Origin: Raillietiella orientalis
Taxonomy: Eukaryota
DNA length: 64,000 nt
Direction of reading: 5' to 3'
Assembly: GCA_036172245.1 (NCBI GenBank)
Contig: JAYWIR010000009.1
Coordinates: 1,674,001 to 1,738,000, forward strand
The notes beneath the pieces were generated by a model. The model saw only the letters and a program-made list of their open reading frames with translations, was not told where the DNA came from and made no database searches. Of the stretch, positions 23,701-35,300 are shown piece by piece. The first letter of the stretch is position 1. Each line of letters begins with the position of its first letter. The position numbers and the translations under genes were made by a program.

Positions 23701-26700
23701 GATTCCGCGGCTGCAGTGAGCAGGCTATGGGAACGGTGCGCGTTTGCCGAACAGCAGGGGTTTCAGGCCAGCAGGAATCACGAGCGCAAATCCTCGTCGG
23801 AAAACGGGAGCTGACGAACCGCGGGAACACGGATACGCAGATCAAGAAGGTCGGGAGAAAGGGTGGGAAGGAAAGAAGACGGAGGTCTCCGATAATGAAG
23901 TCGGCAGCAAAAGTAACCACTCGACGGAAGGAAGCGACCTTGCGCTACCAATTCCACAAAGAGCAACCGGAATCACGTGGAACTGCCAAGTCTCCCTCGC
24001 AAGGTGCGCATCCCTCACCGCTCTTCGTTTACACAGGAGCCTCCGAGCTGAAGGAGAAGAAAGGAAGACTGTGCGGAATTGCTCCTGATGATGAGCTTCC
24101 CACAGGTCTGCCTCACAGGTTTTTGTTCGCCTGATTGGAGAGGTGCCACTCCTTTGAACGCGCTCACCTGTTGCAGGATCCCACCGGAGGATCAAACGAA
24201 AGAAATCCGACTCCAGTGTGATTGAGGACGAGAGGAGGATTTTCGTGGAAGGCGTAGCAGCACGTTTCCGATCCTTGCTTGCGCTCTTCGCTCGCCTGTT
24301 CCCTTTTTCTTTTATCTCCAGACGTGCAGCACACACCGAGTTGAGTGTGTCACGTGGAGACTAGCCACGTGCTATGCTCTCCACGGATGTGATCTTCGAA
24401 TCCATCTCCCTGAAAGTCGAATCCTGGATCCAATCGGTTCTTCTATGTTTTCTCTGGGATGGATGAACCGAATTTCGTTGAAATCACCTGTATACCCCCT
24501 CGTGACGGAGATACATCAGCCCTCGCGGCGAAGCAGCGACAGCTGCTCAAAATGGCGATCCCCCCGACAGCATCCCCTTGATACCGCAGGTGCAGAGAGC
24601 GGAACCTCAGGTGAGGGTGAATCTAGGAAGCTTGGGAAGTCTAAGTGGGGGTAGCTGCATGCATCTGTAGCGACTGAAGGTGCATCCGACCCAACCCGGG
24701 TAGGCACCGACTTCTCCAAGCCGAATGGCCTCCAGGAAGCTCGTATCTTCCCAGAGGCTGAGACGGACGGATTCTCCATGGCTTCCCCGACGCGAGGGCG
24801 TTCTAGATCCAAGGGAAAGTCCTGAGGGGAAGACCTCCGGAGTGCGCCTGGAAGGCGGAACAAAAGGACGCGTGGAACGTGCAGGATTCGAGAAGGGCAA
24901 GGAAGGAGACCTCCCAGACAAGCCTCCCAAAGGGATCCCTGGCGTTCCTAGAACGGGAAACGAGGAGCACCGCAGAACGGAGAGAACTTTCCTTCTCAGG
25001 GATGCATAAGGAGGAATCAATCTGCAGCTTCTCCGATGAATATCTCGAGATTCGCATTTTCGGCATCCCAGAGAGAGGCGCTTTCAGCGACGGGAGAGAC
25101 TCCATCTTGGATCAGCTTGTCTCTTCGGGAAAATCCCCCCACCGTAGGTCCATCGCACGCTCTTGGCGATGTCCTCCGAGGTTACTCTTAACTGAAGAAA
25201 GGAAAAGGAAGAGGAAGAAGAAGGAGGAGGAAGAAAAGGCCTTTTGGCCACAGTTCGCCTTTTGTTCTTCCCTTCGCCTCCCTCCTGGCAACGGCACAAT
25301 GCTGTGTGTTCTCCCTTCTTTCCTCCTCCCCTCCTTCCTCTCTATTCAAGGAAGCTCACTGATTTTTTTTTTTTTTTTTTATAAATGAGATCCGCGTAAT
25401 GTGACCCCAGAAATATAATAGGGCTTCAGGCACCAGCAAAATGGAAGGTTCCTCATTTATTAGCAGGCTCATCAGCAATCGGAAAGCCTGACAGTAAGAT
25501 GAATGATTCACTTGATCAGTTTCTAAAGAAGACAGATTTGATTTCCATGGAAACAAACAAACAGAAAGCAGCCTGAGATCAAAATGGCGGAACGGCCGGT
25601 GCTCCCCGTTCAAATTTCAGTCTTATTCTAGATTTAAATGTTGTAGAGAGGGACGGGGAGGAGCAACGACACTCTGGAAAGGACCTTTGCCTTGAAGATG
25701 ACCTCAGGAAGAGACCTGAACGCGAGCAATGAGACTCATCACCGGGACACAGCATGTTTTTATTGTGGATTCCCGAACAACGCGACAGGAAAGGGACGAA
25801 GGAGAACCGCTTCCGATCTGCATGAGCCAAAGGACGTGCCTCGCCTCACCTATCCAAGGGTTTTTCCGATCCCTGAAACAGGGAGCCCTTCAGCTGGGCA
25901 CAGAGAGAGCAACCTGCTTGACTGGGAATTTTCGAGGTGCCATTCCGTCGAGCATCATTGGGCAGGCAGTTAAAACTACAATGCGGAAATGCGGAGGATG
26001 TTCTTAGGTTCGAGGTCATGTGGCTCTTTTCTCCACGAGACACGACCAACTTATGCCTCGGATTCCCTCCGATACCAGCTTGTTAGCGACGACTTGGGCA
26101 TCTCCAGAATGCGTCCTACGGCTTGCGAAAGTGGTATTCGATTTCTCGCTCCTCGTTGTTGGATCTGATCTCGGTCCTCCGCGGCATTCTTCTTCTTTCT
26201 CCTGCAGCTTCATCGTGTGCTCCCATCTCAGGAAACTCGACCGACTTCCCTGAGACCCATCTTGCGGTCCCGCGCCTTCCCTATTGCGTCGCATGAATGC
26301 CTCCGTTCCCTCTGCATCTCGAATTCACAGCTAATCCTCAACCCCCTGCATCGAGCAGAGCCCCTGCTGCAAGTAAAGGTCAACCCATCGCGGCGTCCAG
26401 CTCGTCAGAACAAGGAACTTCAGTTCAACGGGCCTTCTACTCCACAGAAATCCAAAGATTTGCTTCCAGGATAATGAGATCGCACGATGAGAAACAGGCG
26501 AAGCGTTCTCAGGTGCCAGCAGGCATCCTTGCTCATTCCTCGCTGCTGTTAGCAGGTTTTTTTCCCACCGCCACCCATAGAGAGCAGGAATGGGACCCTC
26601 ATCGTGGGCGTCACTCCGGCTGGGAGCGGACGGAGTCCCATAGCTAGCCTTGGACTTTGGGAAGCTGACCCCTTCCACCTTAGTGGTGAAGACGATGCCA

Positions 26701-27900
26701 CCTCAGTCCTCGATCTCCGAACTCACGTGAGCCGCTGCTGCTAGTTTCTGTCGGGAAATGGGCGTTCAGGTTCTCAAAAGATGCTCTGCAGAATGAGCCG
26801 CAAGATGCTCAGGATACTCCTGGATGACTCTCAGAGGGATGAGCTGTGGTTCGTGGAGGTCAGAACCACTCTTGCAGCCTCGACGGGGAAAAGACAGGGA
26901 ACTCCAAAGCCAGAGAAGCAGGAACGGAGAGGACGGTGAGAAGAGAAGCGACTCAGAAGTCAAAAAATATCCGTAATGTGCTTAATGACCTAGAGAACTG
27001 CATAATATTTGCTGTGTTGGATGGAGGCAGATCCCACGCACTGCTTTTCCGAGGCATCCTGGAGGGAGGAGCAGGGCCCATCAAATGCGCACGCGCTTTG
27101 CTCTCACTCTAGGAGCGTGGCATCCTGAAAGCCCACAACCAGGGAACGGGGTCTACCTGTCTAGCGGAACCGGGGAAGAACCGGAAGTCGGAGACCACAA
27201 GTTCCCATTAGTCCTCGGTCAGAAAGGGTTGCTGCTTCATCCCGCGAAATTGAAAGCTCCCGAGACGAGAAAAACAAAGGCGGAAGCACCAGCGAATCTG
27301 CCGGCCACCCACGATCCGGTAGGAAGGGACGCTGGGTGCAGATAGGGTGCATCCGGATGAGGATTCTTTGCCTTCGTCGCAGGCTGGGTGTTCGGATGCC
27401 ATGATGAAGATTCACGAGAGATTTTCCCAAAAGTGAAACTGACTGGGCCCTCTGGAGGAAGGCAGTTCCCACAGTGAGGAAGTCTCCTTTGGTCCCCTCT
27501 TGACCCTTGCGCCGCAGTTCAAGATGTCTGCCCGTGTTCTCAAAACGGGCCACTCAGTCCGCCCAATGAGGTGAAAGTGAGAAAGGATGCCCCCACAGCA
27601 TCCCTTCCTCGATTCCTCATTTCCTGAATGCAAAATGCCTCTTGGAGCCACACCGTAGGGAGGGATGAATCCCTTTAGGTACTTCAGGGAAAAAATTTCA
27701 AACTTTGAGATGTCCAGACACTTTCAGGAGGATTCCGTCTGGAAGCAGCCCTTCAGTGAGTTCAAACAAGTTGTTCCTGAAATTTCGAGCATTCCAGAAC
27801 AGAGGTCGTGAGAGAACTTCTTTCCGTGAGACCTAAAGCCCAGGTTGAGGTGCCCATGTTGGCAAGTGCTGGAAACGGGCTGCAGCCCACTTTCCGTTCT
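20800..27900 (+). mobile_element. Cluster of highly decayed non-LTR retrotransposon (RT) fragments, interrupted by SINE copy B
   Basis: Scattered degenerate motifs: LSLKRTKVSM (about 22680), IPLNQGMRKFCP (about 23520), FLDLEK..CHEPVQKIL (about 23620), FSTRHDQL (about 26030), PFRYF (about 27670); no intact ORF. Confidence 0.35.
21408..22364 (-). mobile_element. Full-length tRNA-derived SINE (copy B, 957 bp) with A-rich tail and 13-bp target-site duplication
   Basis: TSD ACACTTAGGAGTT at 21395-21407 and 22365-22377. The - strand head has an A-box-like TGTGGTTAAGG, a B-box GGGTTCGAATAC and a 9-bp closing stem (22281-22289 with 22354-22362). It ends ...GTACTTAGCGAACC followed by an A-run. Confidence 0.88.
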
Positions 27901-28519
27901 CCAAGGATGACCGGAACTTCCGGAAGAGAAGCGTCGAACGGTTCGCATCCGGAAAGATGAGACTCGACACGTTGACGGCAAGTTGACGAACCTCCCCTAT
28001 GGAGGGACCAGTGAGGTGGGACGGAGGCAGCGGAGAGGTCCAAGAAATGTGGACCTGCGGTTCGTGAGAGTGTGGCTTCTCTCGATGCGAATCGCTAAGC
28101 AGCAATGCTCAGTTCCATCGGAAAAGGGCTACACGAGAGGAAAGGGGGGGGGGGGGGGGGGTACGGAGCTGCTGCACCAGATCGACAAGACGGGCTTCTT
28201 GAGGATCTTCATCTCCTCCAGTCCGATCCCCTTCTTCGGCATGCATTCTGCTCCAGGAAACATCCTTCTTCCTCTCAGAGAGGGGCACCACACTTCCTTC
28301 GTATCCGGGAGCAGAAACAGCAGTTGAACTTTTCGTATTCCCTCGGGTTGCGACGGAGAACTCGCGCAACCTCCCAGAGAGATGCATTTCTACCGGCAGA
28401 AGGAATTCCAGGAAACGGGAGAATGGGGTTCCCGTGCAATCCCTCTGATGACGCCGAGGATTATTCAAGGACGGGCACTCGCTCGTCGGTGGAAGCACGC
28501 ATAGGTCCCACAGAAATTA

Positions 28520-28970
28520 TTTATTGTTTGGGGGCAACAATGCCATTCTTTGTTTTGTTTTGTTGTTGTCATTGTTGTTCGAGCCTTCATTGTTGTCGCG
28601 CGTTCTTTACTTTTTATTCCATTTGATCCTCATCTGGCAGAAGCTGCTTGCTGATTAGTGAAGACGTGGCTTTCCTGTACAATCGAGATCTTCTCACGGC
28701 TGCCAGGCGGAACGCAGCTTGTTATCGATCACCATGACGACGGGCTTGGCAGCTCTGTGACTTGCGAGTCACCACGGAGACAGGCCACTCTGCATCCTTC
28801 TCCCCCCCCCCCCCCCCTTCTGGCATCATCCAGAGGATCTTGGCTGTTTTGCTTGCACTCTGAGGACGAAGAACGCAGGGATACCCCCAAATCTCGCACC
28901 GCCCGCACAGGGCAGCGGCTGCGCCCGTCAGCCCAGGACGCCTTCCGCCTTCTGGAAGAAGTTTTTTATT
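28520..28970 (-). promoter_or_regulatory. Candidate polyadenylation signals of the Zasp52-like gene
   Basis: AATAAA on the - strand (tttatt on +) at 28965-28970, 28613-28618 and 28520-28525, about 300-750 nt past the stop codon. Confidence 0.5.
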
Positions 28971-29273
28971 TCGGTTTTTCGGAAACACTACAGGAAGAGT
29001 GATGAGGAGAAAGAGAGAGGAAGGCGGAAACAAACACTTGGCAACAAAGCTGAACAACTCGCGCGAAATCAAAGGAACCGCAAGATGGGCGCTGCTGTCG
29101 TCATGCAAATCGAAAACGGCAATCCTCTTGAGATTGGAGGGAGCTGGCTGCTGTATCCTTCAAGTTCCTGGCTCGAACGGGAAGAAACGAAAACAAAGGC
29201 TGAGGGACACACTCGTTTCCAAGAATACGAAGTGGACAATAGCGTGCAGACGAACCGCGAGCCGGCAGTCTCT

Positions 29274-29354
29274 TCATGCCATGGCGTGACTCTTGCAAAA
29301 TGGAAGTCCGCCTTTCGAGTAGCACGACTGCCCTTCAAGAGGTGCTCTGCAAAG
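29274..29354 (-). CDS. Zasp52: Zasp52-like exon 15 (end of LIM4, stop)
   Basis: catccag|LCRAPLEGQSCYSKGGLPFCKSHAMA*. Confidence 0.95.
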   Translation of the reverse strand, partial: LCRAPLEGQSCYSKGGLPFCKSHAMA

Positions 29355-32300
29355 CTGGATGGTGCCCGAGGTGGGCGAAATTGAGAAATCCAAAACGGTC
29401 ACTTCCTTACCGTGCACGTGAAGCACTGCGAATGGAAACTTTTCTGCAAGGCCTCGACCCACATGTCCCCGGGCTCGATGGGATAGCCGCAGCTCGCGCA
29501 CTGGGTGGTGAACTCCTGGACCCAATCTGCAAAGCACCGCGCCCGTTGAAAACGGATCGCACCCTGAGCGAGAAGCGGTGCCCCGAGGGGTGAAGGTCGA
29601 AGGCCGCTTTGGGGACACCTCGATGGGAAACACGCACGTACGAAGGTCGCTCCCGGTTTGGTTTCCCAAATGGGTCGCGAAGACGACGCCCTCTCAAACT
29701 CCCCTCGCCGGATTCACCCTCCCGAGCCAGCCCGCACAACCGAAAAGTGGCCCTGTCTTTGGATGGCACTCTTGCAGAACGGAGGTTTTTTTTTTTTTTT
29801 CTTTTTTTTCAACTCTCCTGTTTTCGCCGCGGAAGTGACGCTACGAGGAGAGCAGGTCGTTTCTAGTGCTTGGGAGACGCCTGAAGAGCGGGAAGAACCC
29901 TTCACGTTCCTGGGGATCAGGAGATGCGTCGAGAATTTTGAGCGCCTGGTTCGAGGGTTGCTGTTCTTCAATGCATCTTTTTGCGTGAAGAGGGGAAAAA
30001 CCAAAACCGCCCATGCACCACTTCCTTCAAGGGGACGCTTTCGTCCGGGGGAAGAATTCAGCCGCCCCATTCAGTGAATGCTTCCCATACACCTGCGCCT
30101 CCCCTCCCCTTTTACCTTTCTCGCAATAAGGCAATCCATCTTCCATGAAGAAGGTTTCTCTTCCCAGCATGACACCGCAGCGGGCACACGTGAAGCATTC
30201 GGAATGAAACTGTTTACCCATTGCCTTCAGGTACTCCTGAGGAGGAAAGCATGGCTGGTGCCTTCCGAGGAAACCGGCGGCCTCACCCCGGGTATCTTCC
30301 TCTTGCACTTGTCGCAGGTCGGAGCTAGGTAATTCAGGAAGCAGTTCTCGCAGTAGAGGCTCTCGTTCTCTTCTACGAAGCCGACGTTGAGCAGGTTGCG
30401 CCTGCAGTTGGCTATCGAGCAGGTGAAGTGTTCCGGGGACCAAGTCTTTCCTAGAGCGCTGATGAACGGACCTCTGGGCAACGACCTCTCTGTTCCCCCT
30501 CCGGGTCCATGCAGAGGGAGGGAGATCCTACCGTATCTGGACGCCCGTCGCTGCACAGACGGGAATGCGACCTCCAGCGGTCACCGGCTGGTTCATCGTG
30601 CCTCCCGTACCTCTTCTGGGAGTGAACATCCCTCCGGTTTTCTGCCTCCCGCTGCCGCCGTAATGAGGTGCCGCCACGTTCGCGGAAGCGGAAGGGCTGG
30701 AGTAGGGCGCGCTCTTGTGGGCCGTCCGAATCGACGACGTCTGGGTCTGGTTTGACGAGTTGAACAGGCCTTGGGAGTACGGCGCCGGGGAACACACGGG
30801 AGAGTCGTTGCGCTGCTTCGGCGGCGGCCACACAAACTTGGACCCACCTCAAGAGAAACCCGAGCGTCACCGACGTCGAAGAATCGAGGTCCCACCCTGT
30901 CCCTCCTCTCCCTTTCGTCCTACTCCAGGGACCCTAGAACCACAGTTGCTGGGGACTCGCGAAGAGCGAAGACTGCTGGACGGAGGCATCGCGGAGCTGG
31001 GCGTGACTCCACCCCCCGTTCGGGAGGAAGGTGATCCATGTGCGCTGGGGCCACCCGACTCTGCTTCCCCCGCTGAAGGAGAGGACACCGCGATGGGATC
31101 TGCGCGCGCAAGGCGGCGGCGCGACGAAAGGGGAGGAAGGGGAGGATGGCGACTTTGCGACACGACGGAGCTGCCGGTGAGCAGCCCTCCGCGCTCGCAG
31201 TAGCAGCAGTAACAGACAAAGCGCGGTGGGCACGCGGTGCCTTTCCTCCTTCGCTCGTTTTCACCTTTTCTCTCCTTTCCTTTTTTTTTTTTTTTGCTTC
31301 TTTCGAAAGTCGTCCGCGTGACCCGCATGAAGATTCGGTTCGCAGGAAAACAAAAGAGCTGCTCGCCGTGACCATTACCGACTGTCCAAGGTCAGTCCGA
31401 GACTTTTGCACGCAAATCCCACCTCGTTTTGGGAACGGACGCGCGGGAAAGCTCGCAGGCGCCGGTCGGGAAATCCAGGGGCGCCAGGCCGGCCAAACAG
31501 GGAAGTCGTCGAGTTTCGCGCCAGAGATGTACCTGTTGGAGCTCTCAGCGCGCCAGGCTGCGGGACTTTCCCGGGACTTCTCTCGAACGTGCTCTGGAAT
31601 CAAGACACACATTTGGAGCACATGCGGCGGAAGACGTCGGAAGAATCTTCGAAGCGATTGAGCCAAGCCAGCGACAGTTCCAGAGAATGACGGAAGAGCT
31701 GTCGGTGAGCTGCTGGCTGGGCAAGGAGCTCGCGCCAAGCAGCGACGTGCCAGAGGGAAAAGCATTTCGGGCGAAAGATGCCTGGTGGCACGAAACTAGG
31801 GTAGGTAAACTTTAGCGGTAAATGCGGAGATCCGGCGATGGCGCTGCCGCCGCAGCCGGCTAGAATTCCAGTGCGGAAGTGGCGAAAGTTGGTGCACGGG
31901 AAATTTCGCAAAGATAGCGGTTGACTGATACCTGCTTTTCATAGATGTCATTTCCGGACACTTGCTTCTTGTAGGAGTGTTCCTCAGACTTCAGAGAATA
32001 GGACTCTAAGGTCTGCGACAAACTCCCAGGCGTGGTGTTCTGGAGAAAAGGAAACAAGTGGTGTTTAGCTCGAAAGCTTTGGGAGCTTGCTGCGACTAAA
32101 AAAAAATCCCTCATTAGCGCGTCGTTGTTCGAGATGGATGATAAAAATCCAAGCTTCTGGAAGGAGGGAGCGGGGACAGAGAGAGAGAGAGAGGAGGGGG
32201 GGAGAGGGGAAGAAAAAAAAAAACCATTAATTTTCAATAATTATAAAAGATGTGCGCAGGAAAACGCGTGAGAAACAGGCTGAGCCTGCGCGCTCTTGGA

Positions 32301-35300
32301 GACGTGTGCAAGAAGAATGCATCCTCCGAAAAGCTGCGGCGAACGGAATCTCTTCGCGCGGCCCTCTCTCGTGCCTGGAAGTGTTCACGTGACGCAGCAC
32401 CAGCAGCACCCCTGGCAAAAAGGGGAAGGCGCGAGTGGTGCGCGGTGATTTCGAATTCTAAACTCCATCTCCCGTGGGGCCGCATCCGCGCAACTGGGCC
32501 GAGACACATACCTTGTACGGAGAAATCCTCAAGGCTGCAGTCCTGTTTACCAGAGGGGACTGGTTCCTAGATGAAGAGACCGTCAGGGGAGATCGAGGGA
32601 GGGGGCGAGGGAGGGCGGAGCGCGATTACCTGGGTCCTGCGCCGCGATCCGGGCTGGCGCAAACCCCCTGCTTGGAAACCTGCTTCGCGTGGATCTCGCA
32701 GTACAGCTTCTGGTTGACGATGTAATAGCCTGGAAGCACGGAGAAATCACATGTACAGCCGCACGCGTGCGCGTGTACGTTTTCTTGAATAAATCATGAC
32801 CGATATTCGACTGACCGATATTCTTCAAAGAAGAACCACATGTGGTGCATTTGAAACAACCTTCATGCAAGCATCCTTTTTGCTTTAATTTCACGTACTT
32901 TCCTCTGAAAAAACACGGTTCAGTGACTTTTCATCTCACTTTCTTATGCAATGTATAATTTAGCTGATTGGCGCTTTTGCGGTCGAGCAAATGATGCACA
33001 CGCGTCGTTTCCGTGTGCGCGCGCAGCCTCACGAGGCGGCGATCGTTACGTAAAAGGACGTTTCTTAAGCACCCACTGCTACCCATGGCGACCGGGCCCC
33101 ATTCGTGAAGTTTCCTGGAGACCGCCTTCCTCGCAAGAGAGGGTGTTGGCTTCGCGGCGCGGAAAACACGCACGCGCGCGCGCGCGCATGCACGGAAAAA
33201 AGATGGACTCGGACCGATTCGAACCGTCCGGAGTGACGTGATCTTCCGCAGAGGGAGGATCCGCTCCTCCGGAACGCGGGAGGGGCTCCGCTCTGCGAGG
33301 CGATGTGGGAAAACGCAGCGCTCTGTGGGACCGGCAGCAACAGGCCCGCCAACTCCCACGGACGGACGTGGGGGAGGTGTCACTCCAGCGGCGGCTCCAG
33401 CGGCTGCCTCCTTTCAGCCGCATGCCAGAGAACTTCAAAACATCGCCCGTCCAGATAGCACTCAATCAATCTTTACTCGTCCTGCGTTCTCGAAAGGATC
33501 TCTGATTTATGAGGAGCGAAGATGATTGATTCCAGAGATTTCATTAGAAGAGAGCATCCAAGAGTGGAGCGCAGGGGATCAGGGATGCCGGAAGAGTGGC
33601 TCCCACCTAGGCGATTTAGAACGGGCTTTTTCGAAGGGCACGTTCACGATTTCCCAGGAGGGCGGATTCTGCGACCAGAAAGACTCCTCAGCTCTACTGC
33701 TTCAGATCCATGATCGACGATGGTGCCTCCACAAGGGTGGACACGACCTCTCCCCGTCTAGCAGGAGAGGCAAAGTGCACAGCTTTCCTGTCTTCTCATC
33801 CTCCATCTCTAGGACGGCCGGAGGAGACCTCCAGATCTCGCCGTGAGCACACGGCCCAAGTAGTTGACCGATTTTTCCAGGTATCCCCGTGTTGGCTCAT
33901 TCCTTAAAGTAGAAGGTGGAACCCTTTTTCGCTACAGTGCAGCTTCCTGATCGAGGGACTGGGAAAGGAGACATGCAAAATTAACTTCGCGACGTCTCGG
34001 TCAAAGGCAGGAAGAAGCTGACTCGCATCCGCCGACCTCAACCTCGCCATCGCAGCATGCATGGGGGTAACGCCGGTAGGGTTTGGCAGACCTTGCTCAA
34101 CGACGCGGCCTTTCCTACTTGAGTGGGAAAGCTAACAAGCCGGGTGGGACCTTAAAGACGAGTGGCAGACGTCAGGCACCCTCATCCGTTCCGTATCCAC
34201 ATGAACAGACACGCTTTTCTCTTCCTCTTTCTCTCTCTCCCTCTCTCTCTCCGGGTGATCAAAGTATGCGCAGGGCAGGCAGACTCGTGGGGTAAAGCGC
34301 GTTCGAGACCGCTCCCTCGTTGACACTCAGCGCAAAGGACACTAGGCTAGATGTGGGAATTCTTTCCATCCTCCATTCATTCCACAACCTCCCACATTCT
34401 TTCCACTCTCTCCTGCTTCGACCTCCGTCCAGGAGGTCGGAGCAGGAGAGAATGGTTGCAGGTCGGAGATGGGAGCACGGAGAGAAATCACGTCTAGTGG
34501 GGCCCGCATTCTGCATTTAACGAGGAAGGGCAAGCAGCCATCGTCCCTATGAACCCCAAGCTTCAGATGTCCGCGGAGTCCTGCCTCCGCACTTTCGTCC
34601 GAGCGTTTCTTTCGCACTCGCTAGAATCCCCCCCCCCCCCCTCCCACATTAACGCCTAATGACTTCGAAGACACAAAGAAAACTCCTTACTGGATCACTT
34701 TGTCGCATTCCACACAGCGGACTTCGTCGGAGGTGAGGACCGTGACGTTGTCCCTTGGCTCCGGAGGGGTCACGGGAGTGATGACTCGGTTGGGAACAGG
34801 AGACTTCGAGTAAGCAGTATGGGAATCCTCGCTCGGGTCTAGCAAAAGGAAGACAAAAGAAAAGCACGTCAGTATCTGTCCTCGCTCCCGAGTTTCGGGC
34901 GCAAGGAGGTGTGGTCTTGCTAGCGATGTTCCTCCCTTCTTTCTGCTCGGCCACTTCGGTCCGTGGGAGATGTAAGAAAGAGGTTGAGTAAGACACGAAA
35001 AAATGGAAAATGATTTAGAATTCAATGCGCGAGGCTGGGTGGAGGGGGATTAGCCTGGTTGACTTTTGTCATGTAAGATGCGGACCTGCCAAGTTGGCCT
35101 TCAACCGCGTCGTCCGGTAAGGGGCACCGGGCACGATTACGCACCGGGATGGCGGATTCATCTTCACCATCACCTTTACCTTCTGTTCCATAGATCTGCT
35201 CCAGCGAATCGAGAGTCGCGCTCCGAAATCCACGCGGAGCAGGATGGGGCAGCACACCGCTTGTTTGAAAGTTCAACAGAGGGACGCGCCTTGGCAGAAC

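Noticed and set aside
28144..28161. Long G homopolymer, and other C/T/A runs
   Set aside because: Simple homopolymers are common across the window, and their lengths may be sequencing artefacts.
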